64,000 nt of DNA from Deltaproteobacteria bacterium. Lineage in GTDB: Bacteria > Desulfobacterota > Desulfarculia > Adiutricales > Adiutricaceae. This document shows, in pieces, positions 55,698 to 64,000 of the stretch; the first letter of the stretch is position 1; the number at the start of each line of letters is the position of its first letter. The notes beneath the pieces are model-generated. The model was not told the DNA's origin. It was given only the letters and a program-made list of their open reading frames with translations, and made no database searches. The stretch spans positions 7,843 through 71,842 of the forward strand of contig JAISEK010000076.1 of NCBI GenBank assembly GCA_031264145.1, given 5' to 3'. Both the position numbers and the translations under genes were made by a program.

Positions 55698-56644
55698 GTC
55701 TTTCCCTGGCCCGCTTCCACGGGGCCCCGTCCCGGCCTTTGCCGGCAGTGGTCAGAGTCCGAGCAGACGAACATCCTCCCGCCCTGGTCGTCGACCACTA
55801 TCTCGTCGAGGTAGGAGTCGGTCGCCCCGCAGATGGCGCAGGCCTGGTCCCAGCTCTGGACCGCGAAGGGGTGGTCGCTGAAGTCGAGGCTCCTGACGCT
55901 GGTGTGGGGAGGGACGGCGTAGACCCGCCTTTCCCGGCCGGCCCCGAAGAGGTGGAGGGCCGGGGAACGGTCCAGCTTGGGGTTGTCGAAGCGCGGGATG
56001 GGGGAGGGGCTCATGGCGTACCGGCCGGCCACCATGGCCGGGTAGTCGTAGCTGATGGCGATTTCCCCGTGCTTGGCCACGTCCTCGTAGAGCCTCAGGT
56101 ACATGGTCCCGTACTCCATGAGGGCGTGGAGGGTCCTGGTCTCGAGCTCGCTGGGCTCCAGCGGCCTCATGGGCTCGGGCAGGGGCACCTGGTAGACCAT
56201 GATCTGGCCCTCCTTGAGAGGGGTCTCGGGGATCCTGTGCCTGGTCTGGATGATGGACGCCCGCCCGGTGACGGTGGTCGTGGCCACCCCGGTCAGGGCC
56301 TGGTGGAAGGCCCGGATGGAGACGGCGTTGGTGGTGTCGTCGGATCCCTGGTCGATGACCTTGAGGACGTCGCCGGGGCCGATTATGGAGGACGTGACCT
56401 GGATGCCGCCCGTGCCCCAGCCGTAGGGCATGGGCATCTCCCTCCCGGCGAAGGGCACCTGGTAGCCCGGGATGGCCACGGCCTTCAGGAGGGCCCGGCG
56501 GATCTCCCTCTTGGTGTCCTCGTCTAGGTAGGCGAAATTGTAGGCCTTGGCCCCCTCTCCGTCCTCCCGGCCCCTGCGGCCAAGGATCTCCGAGATGCTT
56601 CCGCCGGGCTCCAGTCCGGCCGCCCGGCCCTTGTCCTCGTTCAT
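55694..56644 (-). CDS. phnJ: alpha-D-ribose 1-methylphosphonate 5-phosphate C-P lyase PhnJ
   Basis: YNFAYLDE...IPGYQVPFAGREMPMPYGWGTGGIQ, and a C-terminal Cys cluster CAICG...CSDSDHC. Confidence 0.93.
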   Translation of the reverse strand: MNEDKGRAAGLEPGGSISEILGRRGREDGEGAKAYNFAYLDEDTKREIRRALLKAVAIPGYQVPFAGREMPMPYGWGTGGIQVTSSIIGPGDVLKVIDQGSDDTTNAVSIRAFHQALTGVATTTVTGRASIIQTRHRIPETPLKEGQIMVYQVPLPEPMRPLEPSELETRTLHALMEYGTMYLRLYEDVAKHGEIAISYDYPAMVAGRYAMSPSPIPRFDNPKLDRSPALHLFGAGRERRVYAVPPHTSVRSLDFSDHPFAVQSWDQACAICGATDSYLDEIVVDDQGGRMFVCSDSDHCRQRPGRGPVEAGQGKT

Positions 56645-57804
56645 TTCGCCTCTCCCGTGTCGGCGGCGCCCGGGTCAGGGCCAGGGGCGGACCGCATGTG
56701 CCGGAGCATGGCCAGCTCGGCCTGGAAATCAACGTAGTGGGGCAGCTTTATGTGGGAGACGAAGCCGGAGGCCTCGACGTTGTCCCCGTGGTACAGGACG
56801 AATTCCTCGTCCTGGGCCGGGCCCTTGATGGCCTCGCCAAGTTCCCTGGACCTCAGGGCCCGGTCGACTATGGCCATGGACAGGGCCTTGCGCTCGTTGT
56901 GCCCCATGGTGAGGCCATAGCCGCGGGTGAACATGGGGGGCCTGCCCCCGCCCCCCTTGAACTGGCAGGCCGTCTGGCACTCGGTCACCTCGATCTGGCC
57001 GACCGTGACCGGGAAGCCCAGCTCCGGGGCGCTGAACTCCACCTCGACCGGCCCCAGCCTGAGGTCGGCCACGAAGGGGTGGACCGAGCCGTAGCCGCGC
57101 TGGGAGGAGTAGGCCAGGGCCAGGAGGAAGCCCTCGTCGGCCCGGGCCAGGGCCTGGAGGCGCCCTGGGCGGTCCAGGGGGATTTCCAGGGGCGTCCTCG
57201 TGAGGTCGAAGGGCGTCTCCGGCCCCAGGTCCTCCTCGGCCTCGATGAGACCCTGCCGTTCCAGGAATGTGGCCGCCCCGGGGACGGTGGCGGGGCCGTC
57301 CTGGCCCTGGGGCCGGGCGGCCTCGCCGGGGTGGCCGTTTTCCCCCGCCGTCCCGTCCAGGGGCGGAACCCCCGTCCCCCCGTCGCCGGGCTGGGCCGAG
57401 GTCGCGGGCGCGGCCCCCAGGAGCCGGTGGGTGTAGTCGAAGGTCGGGCCCAGGATCTGCCCGCCTGGCAGGTCCTTGAAGGTCCCCGAGATCCGTCTCC
57501 TCGGCCTCATCCCCAGGGTCCTGATGGGCTCGGAGTAGCCGAAGCGCTCAAGGCTGGCCCTGGCGGCCCGGAGGAGGAAGATGGCCTCCACCAGGTCCCC
57601 CCTGGCCTGCCTCACGGCCAGGGCGGCCAACTCCGGGTCGTAGAGGGAGCCCTCGGCCTGGACGCGGTCAACGGCCAGGCCCAGCTGGCTCCGAATCTGG
57701 GCCAGGCCCAACTCCGGGAGGGCCGTGTCCCCCCGCCTGGTCTCGGCCAGCAGACGGTGGGCCGCCTCTATGGCCTTCTGGCCTCCCTTAACGGCTACGT
57801 ACAA
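56641..57804 (-). CDS. phnI: C-P lyase core complex subunit PhnI
   Basis: MYVAVKGGQKAIEAAHRLL start and GYGSVHPFVADLRLG...VTECQ motifs typical of PhnI. Position between phnH and phnJ. Confidence 0.9.
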   Translation of the reverse strand: MYVAVKGGQKAIEAAHRLLAETRRGDTALPELGLAQIRSQLGLAVDRVQAEGSLYDPELAALAVRQARGDLVEAIFLLRAARASLERFGYSEPIRTLGMRPRRRISGTFKDLPGGQILGPTFDYTHRLLGAAPATSAQPGDGGTGVPPLDGTAGENGHPGEAARPQGQDGPATVPGAATFLERQGLIEAEEDLGPETPFDLTRTPLEIPLDRPGRLQALARADEGFLLALAYSSQRGYGSVHPFVADLRLGPVEVEFSAPELGFPVTVGQIEVTECQTACQFKGGGGRPPMFTRGYGLTMGHNERKALSMAIVDRALRSRELGEAIKGPAQDEEFVLYHGDNVEASGFVSHIKLPHYVDFQAELAMLRHMRSAPGPDPGAADTGEAK

Positions 57805-57878
57805 CTCGATGGCTCCTTCCGTCGTGTGTCATGGCGTTGTCAGGATGTCGGCGCTTGCCGCCCTTGCCCTGGACCGCC

Positions 57879-58490
57879 TCAGCCCGGCCTGGGGCTGAGG
57901 CTCACCGAGCGCGGCAGGCCCGCCAGCTGGGCCGGCCCGGCCAGGAAGACGTCCACCCCCAGGGGGAAGGCGGCCCGGTTGATGGCCCAGTCGTCCATGA
58001 AGCCCTGGCCCAGGCCGTGGCCCTCGAAGACCTCGTCTTCCCGAAGGCCAGGGCCGGAGGCTATCGCCGGGATCCCCCGGCTGGCCTCCTCCAGGACGCC
58101 GCCCAGGATGACCGTGGCCGAGCGGTCGGGGAAACGGCTGGTGCCTTGGCGGAGTTCCCCTAGTGGCGGCATCTCGCCGGGCGAGGCGACCAGGACCAGG
58201 CTGGCCTGGGCCGGGGTCCCGGCCATCGGCGCCGAGCGGTGGAAGGCCAGCCAGCCCGAGGCCTCCCTGAGCGAGGGAGAGAGCCAGACCGGGGTAAGGC
58301 CGTCGGCCAGGGTCAGGGCCAGGGCGGCCAACAGGGCGGGCATGGGCGGCCGGGCCCCGAAGAGCGGGCCGAAGTCGGCCGGGAAGCGGTGAATGGGCCT
58401 CGAGAGGGCCGCCAGGGCCAGCCTGAAGACGGTCTGGCTGGCCAGGGTGTAGCTGTTGAAGCCCGGGGAAAGTCGCCCGCTAGTCCTCAT
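57879..58490 (-). CDS. phnH: C-P lyase core complex subunit PhnH
   Basis: About 200 aa. SQTVFRLALAALSRP near the N-terminus and FPLGVDVFL near the C-terminus. Gene order. Confidence 0.83.
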   Translation of the reverse strand: MRTSGRLSPGFNSYTLASQTVFRLALAALSRPIHRFPADFGPLFGARPPMPALLAALALTLADGLTPVWLSPSLREASGWLAFHRSAPMAGTPAQASLVLVASPGEMPPLGELRQGTSRFPDRSATVILGGVLEEASRGIPAIASGPGLREDEVFEGHGLGQGFMDDWAINRAAFPLGVDVFLAGPAQLAGLPRSVSLSPRPG

Positions 58491-58923
58491 CCTCGCCCCT
58501 CGCCAGGGTGAAGAAATCCACCTTCGTCTCCATGGTTTTCCTTCTCTCGCGGTCCCTCTCCTGGTCCAGTTCGCCCTCCAGGGCCAGGACCATCTCGGCG
58601 ATCCCCCCGGCGTAGGCTGGATCCTGGGCCAGGGCCGAGGCTATCGCGGCTGCCAGGGCCTTGGCCGGGTCATCGCCCAGGACATAGGCGTGCCCGCGGT
58701 GGCCGTTTACGCTGACCGAGCAGCGGCTGGCCAGGGCCTCGCCCAGGTTGAAGGGGCTGCCGACGCCCCCGGCCCTCCCCCTGACCATGATCAGACCCTT
58801 CTGGGGTTCCCTCAGGTACTCGAAGTCAGGGATCCGGCCCACTGCCTCCAGGCGCGAGAAGAGGCTCTCCCGGTCGGCCAGGGCCAGGGCTCGCATCACC
58901 CTGGCCTGGTCCAGGGGCCTCAC
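58480..58923 (-). CDS. phnG: C-P lyase core complex subunit PhnG
   Basis: C-terminal KVDFFTLARGED matches E. coli RVDFFTMVRGD. GTG 58923 overlaps the upstream stop (GTGA); alternative ATG 58896. Confidence 0.8.
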   Translation of the reverse strand: MRPLDQARVMRALALADRESLFSRLEAVGRIPDFEYLREPQKGLIMVRGRAGGVGSPFNLGEALASRCSVSVNGHRGHAYVLGDDPAKALAAAIASALAQDPAYAGGIAEMVLALEGELDQERDRERRKTMETKVDFFTLARGEDED

Positions 58924-59726
58924 TTGGGGGCCTCGGGGCGGCATTCGGGGAACGGGAGGAGCCCTTGGCATTGGGGGCCGCCGTGTCCGGCGGCCTCCCC
59001 GGCGGGCCGTCCGGCCCCTGGCTTTCCCGTGGCCCGCAGGCAGGACACGGCCAGGACCTTGAAGGGGGCCCCCTCCGACCCCTGGCGCGCCAGGCACAGG
59101 CTGTCCACCGCGCAACCGTCGGCCGCCTCACCGGCCAGGAGGGAGGCCAGAAGGTCGAGCAGGTTGAGGCTCCGGGGGGCCAGGGCCTCGTCGTGTCCCT
59201 GGATTCGGTCGCCCAGGGTCAGGTGGTACCTGAACTCGTCGAGGACGAACGGGTAGCCCCATTTCCTGGCCAGGGACCTCTGCCTGGCCGTGAGGGGCTC
59301 CCGGCGGGCCAGCTCGTCCGGCCGGGGCGGGTGCCTGTAGCCGGCGAAGGCCTTGACCAGAGCGACCTCGAGATCGGAGAGGGCGGCCGTCTGCGTCCTG
59401 GGGGTGAGGGCTGGGAAGCCCGGGGGCAGGAGCGACAGTTCCAGGGGGCCCAGGGGGACGGCCTCGGCCCCAAGGGCCGCGCGGTCCAGGGCCCCAATGA
59501 GCGTCTCCGCCGGCACCAGGCTCCTGAAGGGGGCCACCAGGGTGGCATGGAAGCCGTAGACGGCTGCCTTGGCCGGGTGCGGCGGGAAATCCTGGGCCAG
59601 GGCCCTGGGCCAGGGCGGGTCCAGGGCCCTGCCGGAATGGATGCAGCGGCCCAGGATGGCCGAGCCCAGGGAGTAGAGCGGCGACAGGGGATCGGGGACG
59701 TGGTAGACGCAGTATCGCTCTGTCAT
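58920..59726 (-). CDS. DUF1045 phosphonate-metabolism protein (2H phosphoesterase superfamily)
   Basis: Two HxT motifs (FHATLVAPF and YHLTLGD). Embedded in the phn cluster where this family typically occurs. Confidence 0.8.
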   Translation of the reverse strand: MTERYCVYHVPDPLSPLYSLGSAILGRCIHSGRALDPPWPRALAQDFPPHPAKAAVYGFHATLVAPFRSLVPAETLIGALDRAALGAEAVPLGPLELSLLPPGFPALTPRTQTAALSDLEVALVKAFAGYRHPPRPDELARREPLTARQRSLARKWGYPFVLDEFRYHLTLGDRIQGHDEALAPRSLNLLDLLASLLAGEAADGCAVDSLCLARQGSEGAPFKVLAVSCLRATGKPGAGRPAGEAAGHGGPQCQGLLPFPECRPEAPK

Positions 59727-59731
59727 GGAGA

Positions 59732-60535
59732 CTAGATCACCATCTTTCTTAGTCGCTGGGAGATGAGGTCAAATAGGGTCACGGCCGCGATGATGACCAG
59801 CATGGCGGCGAAGGTTTCCTTGAACAGGAAGCCCCGCACCAGCTCCCAGAGGATGACGCCTATGCCCCCGGCGCCGACCATGCCCACGACCGTGGCCGAG
59901 CGGACGTTGCTCTCGAAGCGGTACAGGGTGAACGAAATCCACAGAGGGAAGACTTGTGGCAGGATCCCGAACCAAATCTCGGCGACCAGCCCGGCCCCGG
60001 TGGCCCTGATGCCCTCGATGGGTTGGGGATCCACGGCCTCGACGGCCTCCGAGAAGAGCTTGGCCAGGACCCCGGTGGTGTGGATCCAGAGGGCCAGGAC
60101 CCCGGCGAAGGCACCCAGGCCCACGGTGACCACGAAAAGCATGGCGAAGACCATCTCGTTGATGGCCCTCGAGGCGTCCATGAGCCTTCTGACCGGCTGG
60201 CGCAGCCACAGGGGGGCCACGTTCTCCGAGCACATCAGGCCCAGGGGGACCGAGCAGAAGACGGCCATGATGGTCCCCCACAGGGCTATGTGGAGGGTGA
60301 CTACCATTTCCTTCAGATAGAGCCTCAGGTCGGAAAAGTCGGGGGGTAAGAAGTCCCTGGCCAGGGTGGCCATGTTTCCAGCGTCCCTGAGCAGATCCAG
60401 CGGCCTTATCTCGGCTCCCCGCCAGGACCAGGCCAGGACGGTGGCCAGGGCCAGGCCCCACAGCAGTCTCCCGGGGCCACAGGCCCCGGCGCGTCCCGCG
60501 GCCCCGGGAACCCCTTTCTTGTCGTCGGGGGCCAT
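59732..60535 (-). CDS. phnE: phosphonate ABC transporter permease PhnE
   Basis: 267 aa, about 6 TM. Position after phnD. Conserved loop ...[15 protein letters not shown].... Confidence 0.87.
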   Translation of the reverse strand: MAPDDKKGVPGAAGRAGACGPGRLLWGLALATVLAWSWRGAEIRPLDLLRDAGNMATLARDFLPPDFSDLRLYLKEMVVTLHIALWGTIMAVFCSVPLGLMCSENVAPLWLRQPVRRLMDASRAINEMVFAMLFVVTVGLGAFAGVLALWIHTTGVLAKLFSEAVEAVDPQPIEGIRATGAGLVAEIWFGILPQVFPLWISFTLYRFESNVRSATVVGMVGAGGIGVILWELVRGFLFKETFAAMLVIIAAVTLFDLISQRLRKMVI

Positions 60536-60542
60536 CTGCCGC

Positions 60543-61595
60543 CTACTTCTTGGCCAGCTCGGCCATCTTGGCCTCCAGCTCGCTGAGCTCGGCCTCTATC
60601 TTGCCAAGCCTCGCCTTCTGCTGGGCGTTCAGCCCTCCCCGGTCCTCCAGGGCCTTTTTCTCCTTGAAGAGCTCCAGCTGGCGGATGGGGACCAGCTGGT
60701 CGTCGTTGGAGGCCTTGAAGCCCCTCCACTGTAGGTTCTTTAGGATCTCGGCCTCCCTGGCGTCGCCGCCCTGGCCGTAGGCCAGCAGGAAGTCCTCGAT
60801 CTTCCTCTTGGTCTCCTGGGGCATGTCCTTTCGGCGGACCAGCGGGTCGCTGGGGATCAGGGGGCTGGTCCAGATGACCTTTATGAGCCCGCGCTTCTCG
60901 GGGAAGGTTATGGCCAGGCGGTCCAGGGCCTCGCTGTTGCAGGTGGCCACGTCGACCTGGCCGTTGGCGACGGAGAGGGCGTTGCTCTCGTGGTTGGAGG
61001 TGACCGTCCTCTTGAAGGCCGTCTTGGGATCGACCCCGTTCAGGGCGAACACGTAGTAGCCAGGCACCAGGAAGCCGGAGGTCGAGTTGGGGTCGCCGTT
61101 CCCGAAATTCAGCGTGCCCGCCGCCTTGAACATGTCCTCGATGGAGGCGAGCGGGGAGGACACGTTGGCTATGATGTGGGAGTAGTATCCCTCGGAGCCG
61201 TCCGCCGCCAGGGTCTGCATGAACACCTCGGCGTCCGCGCGGTCCACCGCCTCCATGGCGGCCTTGTTGCCGTACCAGGCCAGCTGGACCTTGTCGAAGC
61301 GCATGCCCTCGATGATGCCCGCGTAGTCGGTGGCGAAGAAGGCCTTGATGTCCAGCCCCGTCACCTTCCTCATGTCCTCAAGGAAGGGGTCCCACATGGT
61401 GCGCAGGTTCTGGGAAGACTCGGTGGAAATGATGCCGAAGTTGATCTCCTGGGCCCGGGCCGTAGCGGCGGATCCCGCGTTCAGGATGAGGGACGAGGCG
61501 AAAAGGAAGATGATGAGGTGCAGGACGTCCAGGAAGGGCACTGCGGCCCGCGGTCCGGAAAGGCCCGTGACGCGACCGCTTCTGCATTTTGACAT
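60543..61595 (-). CDS. phnD: phosphonate ABC transporter substrate-binding protein PhnD with C-terminal coiled-coil extension
   Basis: Signal peptide, then [10 protein letters not shown] and GYYSHIIA motifs. Extra ~40 aa tail ...[35 protein letters not shown] upstream. Confidence 0.87.
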   Translation of the reverse strand: MSKCRSGRVTGLSGPRAAVPFLDVLHLIIFLFASSLILNAGSAATARAQEINFGIISTESSQNLRTMWDPFLEDMRKVTGLDIKAFFATDYAGIIEGMRFDKVQLAWYGNKAAMEAVDRADAEVFMQTLAADGSEGYYSHIIANVSSPLASIEDMFKAAGTLNFGNGDPNSTSGFLVPGYYVFALNGVDPKTAFKRTVTSNHESNALSVANGQVDVATCNSEALDRLAITFPEKRGLIKVIWTSPLIPSDPLVRRKDMPQETKRKIEDFLLAYGQGGDAREAEILKNLQWRGFKASNDDQLVPIRQLELFKEKKALEDRGGLNAQQKARLGKIEAELSELEAKMAELAKK

Positions 61596-61660
61596 GTCTG
61601 TAGTTCTCCTGATGCTTCAGATGCTTATGATTCCGGCGATGTTGCCGGTTCCCGCATAAT

Positions 61661-61721
61661 TTGCGATTCACGTGCGCCGTCGATTCCAGCGGAGCTTGCG
61701 ATTCACGTGCGCCGTCGATTC
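61661..61721. repeat. two perfect 26 bp direct repeats (TTGCGATTCACGTGCGCCGTCGATTC), 35 bp apart
   Basis: 61661-61686 and 61696-61721 are identical. Each contains a CACGTG palindrome. Confidence 0.95.
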
Positions 61722-61728
61722 GCGCGAA

Positions 61729-61797
61729 GCTGAAAAATCCAGCGATGCTGAAATTCCCGAAACTGAAGATTCCAGAGAAGCTGAAAATTCCAGCGAT
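61729..61797. repeat. ~18 bp periodic degenerate repeat (GCTGAAAWTCC-N6), 4 units
   Basis: Units read directly: GCTGAAAAATCCAGCGAT, GCTGAAATTCCCGAAACT, GAAGATTCCAGAGAA, GCTGAAAATTCCAGCGAT. Confidence 0.85.
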
Positions 61798-61999
61798 GGC
61801 GGCAACCGCTATCCGGTACTCTCTCTAACGATTGCCGTAGTTAAATCCGTTTTCCCCAGACTTCCGGACTCCTCGCTTCCGAGCACCGTTTCTCGCGGAG
61901 GAGGCGGTCCGGGGTGGGATCCTCCTCCAGAAGGGATCCGGACGGGGCCCTTTCTCCTGGAGGGGCAGTCAGCAAATCCTGACTCCTGCGGAAGGAGTT

Positions 62000-62851
62000 T
62001 CATGCGGCGGAAAGGCTCTCGCCCTGCCCGCCGACCGGGTAACCTCGCCCGGGCGCGGGCTCCCGGGTCTCCTGGCCGGGCTTCAGGGACTCGAACATCC
62101 CCGCCGCGCACATGCCGTAGATGTCCTTCATCCGCTCCGCAGTCAGGTTCTCGGAGGGCCCGTCGTAGAGGATGCGCCCGCAGCACATGGCCACGGCCCG
62201 GCGGCAGTACCTAAGGGCGTAGTCGACCTGGTGGAGGCTTACCAGGACCGTTATGTTCTCCTCTCGGTTCAGCTTCCTCAGAAGCTCCATGACCATGATG
62301 GAGCTCTCCGGATCCAGCGAGGCTATGGGCTCGTCGGCCAGGATGACCGAGGCCTTCTGGACCAGTGCCCTGGCGATGGCGGCCCTCTGCTGCTGCCCGC
62401 CGGAGAGGGTCGAGGCCCTCTGCCCGGCCTTCTCGGCGATTCCCACCTTCGTCAGCGCCTCGCAGGCGAGCTTCCGCTCCTCCTCCCTGAAGGACAGGAA
62501 AAGGGATCGCCACAGCGGCGTGCGGCCGAGCGCCCCCAGGAGGACGTTGGTCGTCACCGAAAGGCGGCCTATCAGATTGAACTGCTGGAAGACCACCCCG
62601 ATTCCGGTCCTGGTCTTCCTTATGTCCCGGGAGATGATCCCCCCGGACTGTATGCTCCGCCCGCCGACGGCCACGTGTCCCGAGTCCCTGTCAGCGGCCA
62701 TCAGCCCCGACACGTGCTTCATGAGGGTGGACTTCCCGGAACCGGATGCGCCGATCAGGGCCACCATCTCGCCGCGGGCCACCTTGAGGTTTATGTCGGA
62801 CAGGGCCCTGTTGGCCCCGAAAGTCTTGTTGAGGTTCACGATGTCGAGCAT
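62000..62851 (-). CDS. phnC: phosphonate ABC transporter ATP-binding protein PhnC
   Basis: [35 protein letters not shown]. First gene of the cluster. Confidence 0.9.
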   Translation of the reverse strand: MLDIVNLNKTFGANRALSDINLKVARGEMVALIGASGSGKSTLMKHVSGLMAADRDSGHVAVGGRSIQSGGIISRDIRKTRTGIGVVFQQFNLIGRLSVTTNVLLGALGRTPLWRSLFLSFREEERKLACEALTKVGIAEKAGQRASTLSGGQQQRAAIARALVQKASVILADEPIASLDPESSIMVMELLRKLNREENITVLVSLHQVDYALRYCRRAVAMCCGRILYDGPSENLTAERMKDIYGMCAAGMFESLKPGQETREPAPGRGYPVGGQGESLSAA

Positions 62852-62920
62852 GCGGCGCCCTTTCCCCTGCCGGGACGCCGGGCCTCGCCGGCCGGTCCCG
62901 ATGTCTTGTGCTTGTGCCGG

Positions 62921-62976
62921 ATTATAAGGGATACTTGTAAAAGGAATGCTATCCGCAGGTAAAATAAACGTAACTG
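62921..62976 (-). promoter_or_regulatory. candidate phn promoter: TATAAT preceded by 11 bp-phased TTAC direct repeats (Pho-box-like architecture)
   Basis: Minus strand reads cAGTTACgtttatTTTACctgcggatagcattcctTTTACAagtatccctTATAAT. TTAC occurs at offsets 0, 11 and 33; the last repeat ends 9 nt before the -10. About 70 nt upstream of the phnC ATG. Confidence 0.3.
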
Positions 62977-63489
62977 TTCAAAACTATCTTGCGCGAGGAA
63001 TCCCCCGGAGCTTGCTCCGGGCGGGACGCCGAGGCATGCGGAGGCCCGTGAAGGGAAAGCGGGACGGGTGTGCCCTGAGGTCACGGGTGCGCCCGCGCTT
63101 GGCCTGATCGGGAACAGCGGGGAGTCATGCCCGGACCGGGCCTCCCGGGTCCAGGACGGACGTGTCCGGCACGGGGCGCACATGTCAGGAATGCGCCGTG
63201 TTCCCGACAAGAGTCGGGACTCCCGCGATTCCGGAGCCGGCTCGGGAAGTTTCACCCCGGACCGGGGACGGCACCGGTTTTCCGTTCCGCGCTTCCGTCG
63301 CCCGAGGGTTCCGGAGAACCGCCGGAACGTCCCGCCATGTTCCGGAGCCAGACCGGCACTGCGTCAGGTAAAACCTGGAAGCGCCAGGTTCAGGCAGGTG
63401 TCTGGACCGATGTCTCGGGAAGAACCGGACGCATCCGGATGCGGTTAAGTGCCGCACGTATTGAAGCTGGCCGATGTCGACCCGAGGGG

Positions 63490-63615
63490 ATTCCTGCGCC
63501 AGACGGCGTTCCTTCGTCTGATTGGATTACGCCGGCTGACGGGGGTCCTGCGGCTGACAGCATTCCTGTGCTCGATTTGGTTCATGCGGCTGACGGGGCA
63601 CCTGCGCCTGACGCC
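63490..63615. repeat. seven tandem 18 bp degenerate repeats (plus strand consensus approx. RTTCCTGCGSCTGACGGS)
   Basis: Units read directly: ATTCCTGCGCCAGACGGC, GTTCCTTCGTCTGATTGG, ATTACGCCGGCTGACGGG, GGTCCTGCGGCTGACAGC, ATTCCTGTGCTCGATTTG, GTTCATGCGGCTGACGGG, GCACCTGCGCCTGACGCC. Confidence 0.85.
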
Positions 63616-64000
63616 TTTAGCAGTTCGACGGGCAATCACAGAAATGAGCTGAAGACTTCCGAAGGGGAGGGGATCAGGATGCTTCCGTCCTTCCGTTGGC
63701 CTCTGACAGGGTCGGTTTGGAAAGGCATCGTCACCAAGGGCATATCACGGAAAGGTTTTTCTCTTTTATTGCCATACCATGCCACAGCTGGGATGGTCTT
63801 GGCCGCGCAAATTAATGTTTGGTAACGGTGCTACGTACAGACCGTCAAAAAGCTGGGACTGACGTATCTGACGGATACTGACCGTTGCGTTTCACGGGTG
63901 GGTAACTGTGCAACATGGTAGCCTTTAGAATGCCGGGGATCGCGCCAGATGACTAATTTACATCTTATAAAAATATCTTGTAAAAATGTAGCAATATTTA

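Noticed and set aside
63127-63825. 232-aa plus-strand ORF (and 63445..63639 minus) across the 18 bp repeat array
   Set aside because: All frames give implausible Arg/Pro/Gly-rich or stop-containing products. The periodicity comes from DNA repeats. The hexapeptide pattern does not fit an acyltransferase LbH consensus, though a decayed gene cannot be excluded without BLASTX.

Overview
High-GC bacterial chromosome segment whose gene content suggests a sulfate-reducer or deltaproteobacterium (inference only). Coding sequence is GC-rich, but many intergenic blocks and a few gene segments are extremely AT-rich. Order of content: (1) a complete dcw cell-division/cell-wall cluster (ftsL'-ftsI-murE-murF-mraY-murD-ftsW-murG-murC-murB-ftsQ-ftsA-ftsZ) followed by a TIGR03960-like radical SAM gene. 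(2) A ~3.5 kb lower-GC island with a decayed vapBC module and an overlapping two-gene cassette: an SMC/OLD-like ABC ATPase plus a DUF4276/Toprim-like protein. This cassette is the best candidate for a poorly described conflict/defence system. (3) A degenerate FtsZ paralogue that has lost the GGGTGTG nucleotide-binding loop, translationally coupled to nagZ, then a small hypothetical gene, cdsA and dxr. (4) An AT-rich insert with a DUF1311 gene. (5) An ABC-F ATPase and nrdDG. (6) A 1.3 kb non-coding stretch. (7) An exported repeat protein, a BCCT transporter, a non-Pyl MttB-family methyltransferase and a divergent sigma-54 activator. (8) A UbiA prenyltransferase with long low-complexity tails, an IscB/RRXRR-HNH-like gene relic, and xseB-ispA-dxs. 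(9) tRNA-Tyr, a decayed tRNA-Gly copy and tRNA-Gly, followed by a decayed island with a frameshifted Sel1-repeat gene. (10) A C-P lyase phosphonate cluster (phnC, phnD, phnE, DUF1045, phnGHIJKLMN) on the minus strand. A ~110 bp MITE-like element with 18 bp terminal inverted repeats occurs in at least 5 copies plus a fragment. Unusual 18 bp-periodic repeats flank phnC. Most long ORFs antisense to, or out of frame with, these genes are GC-driven artefacts.
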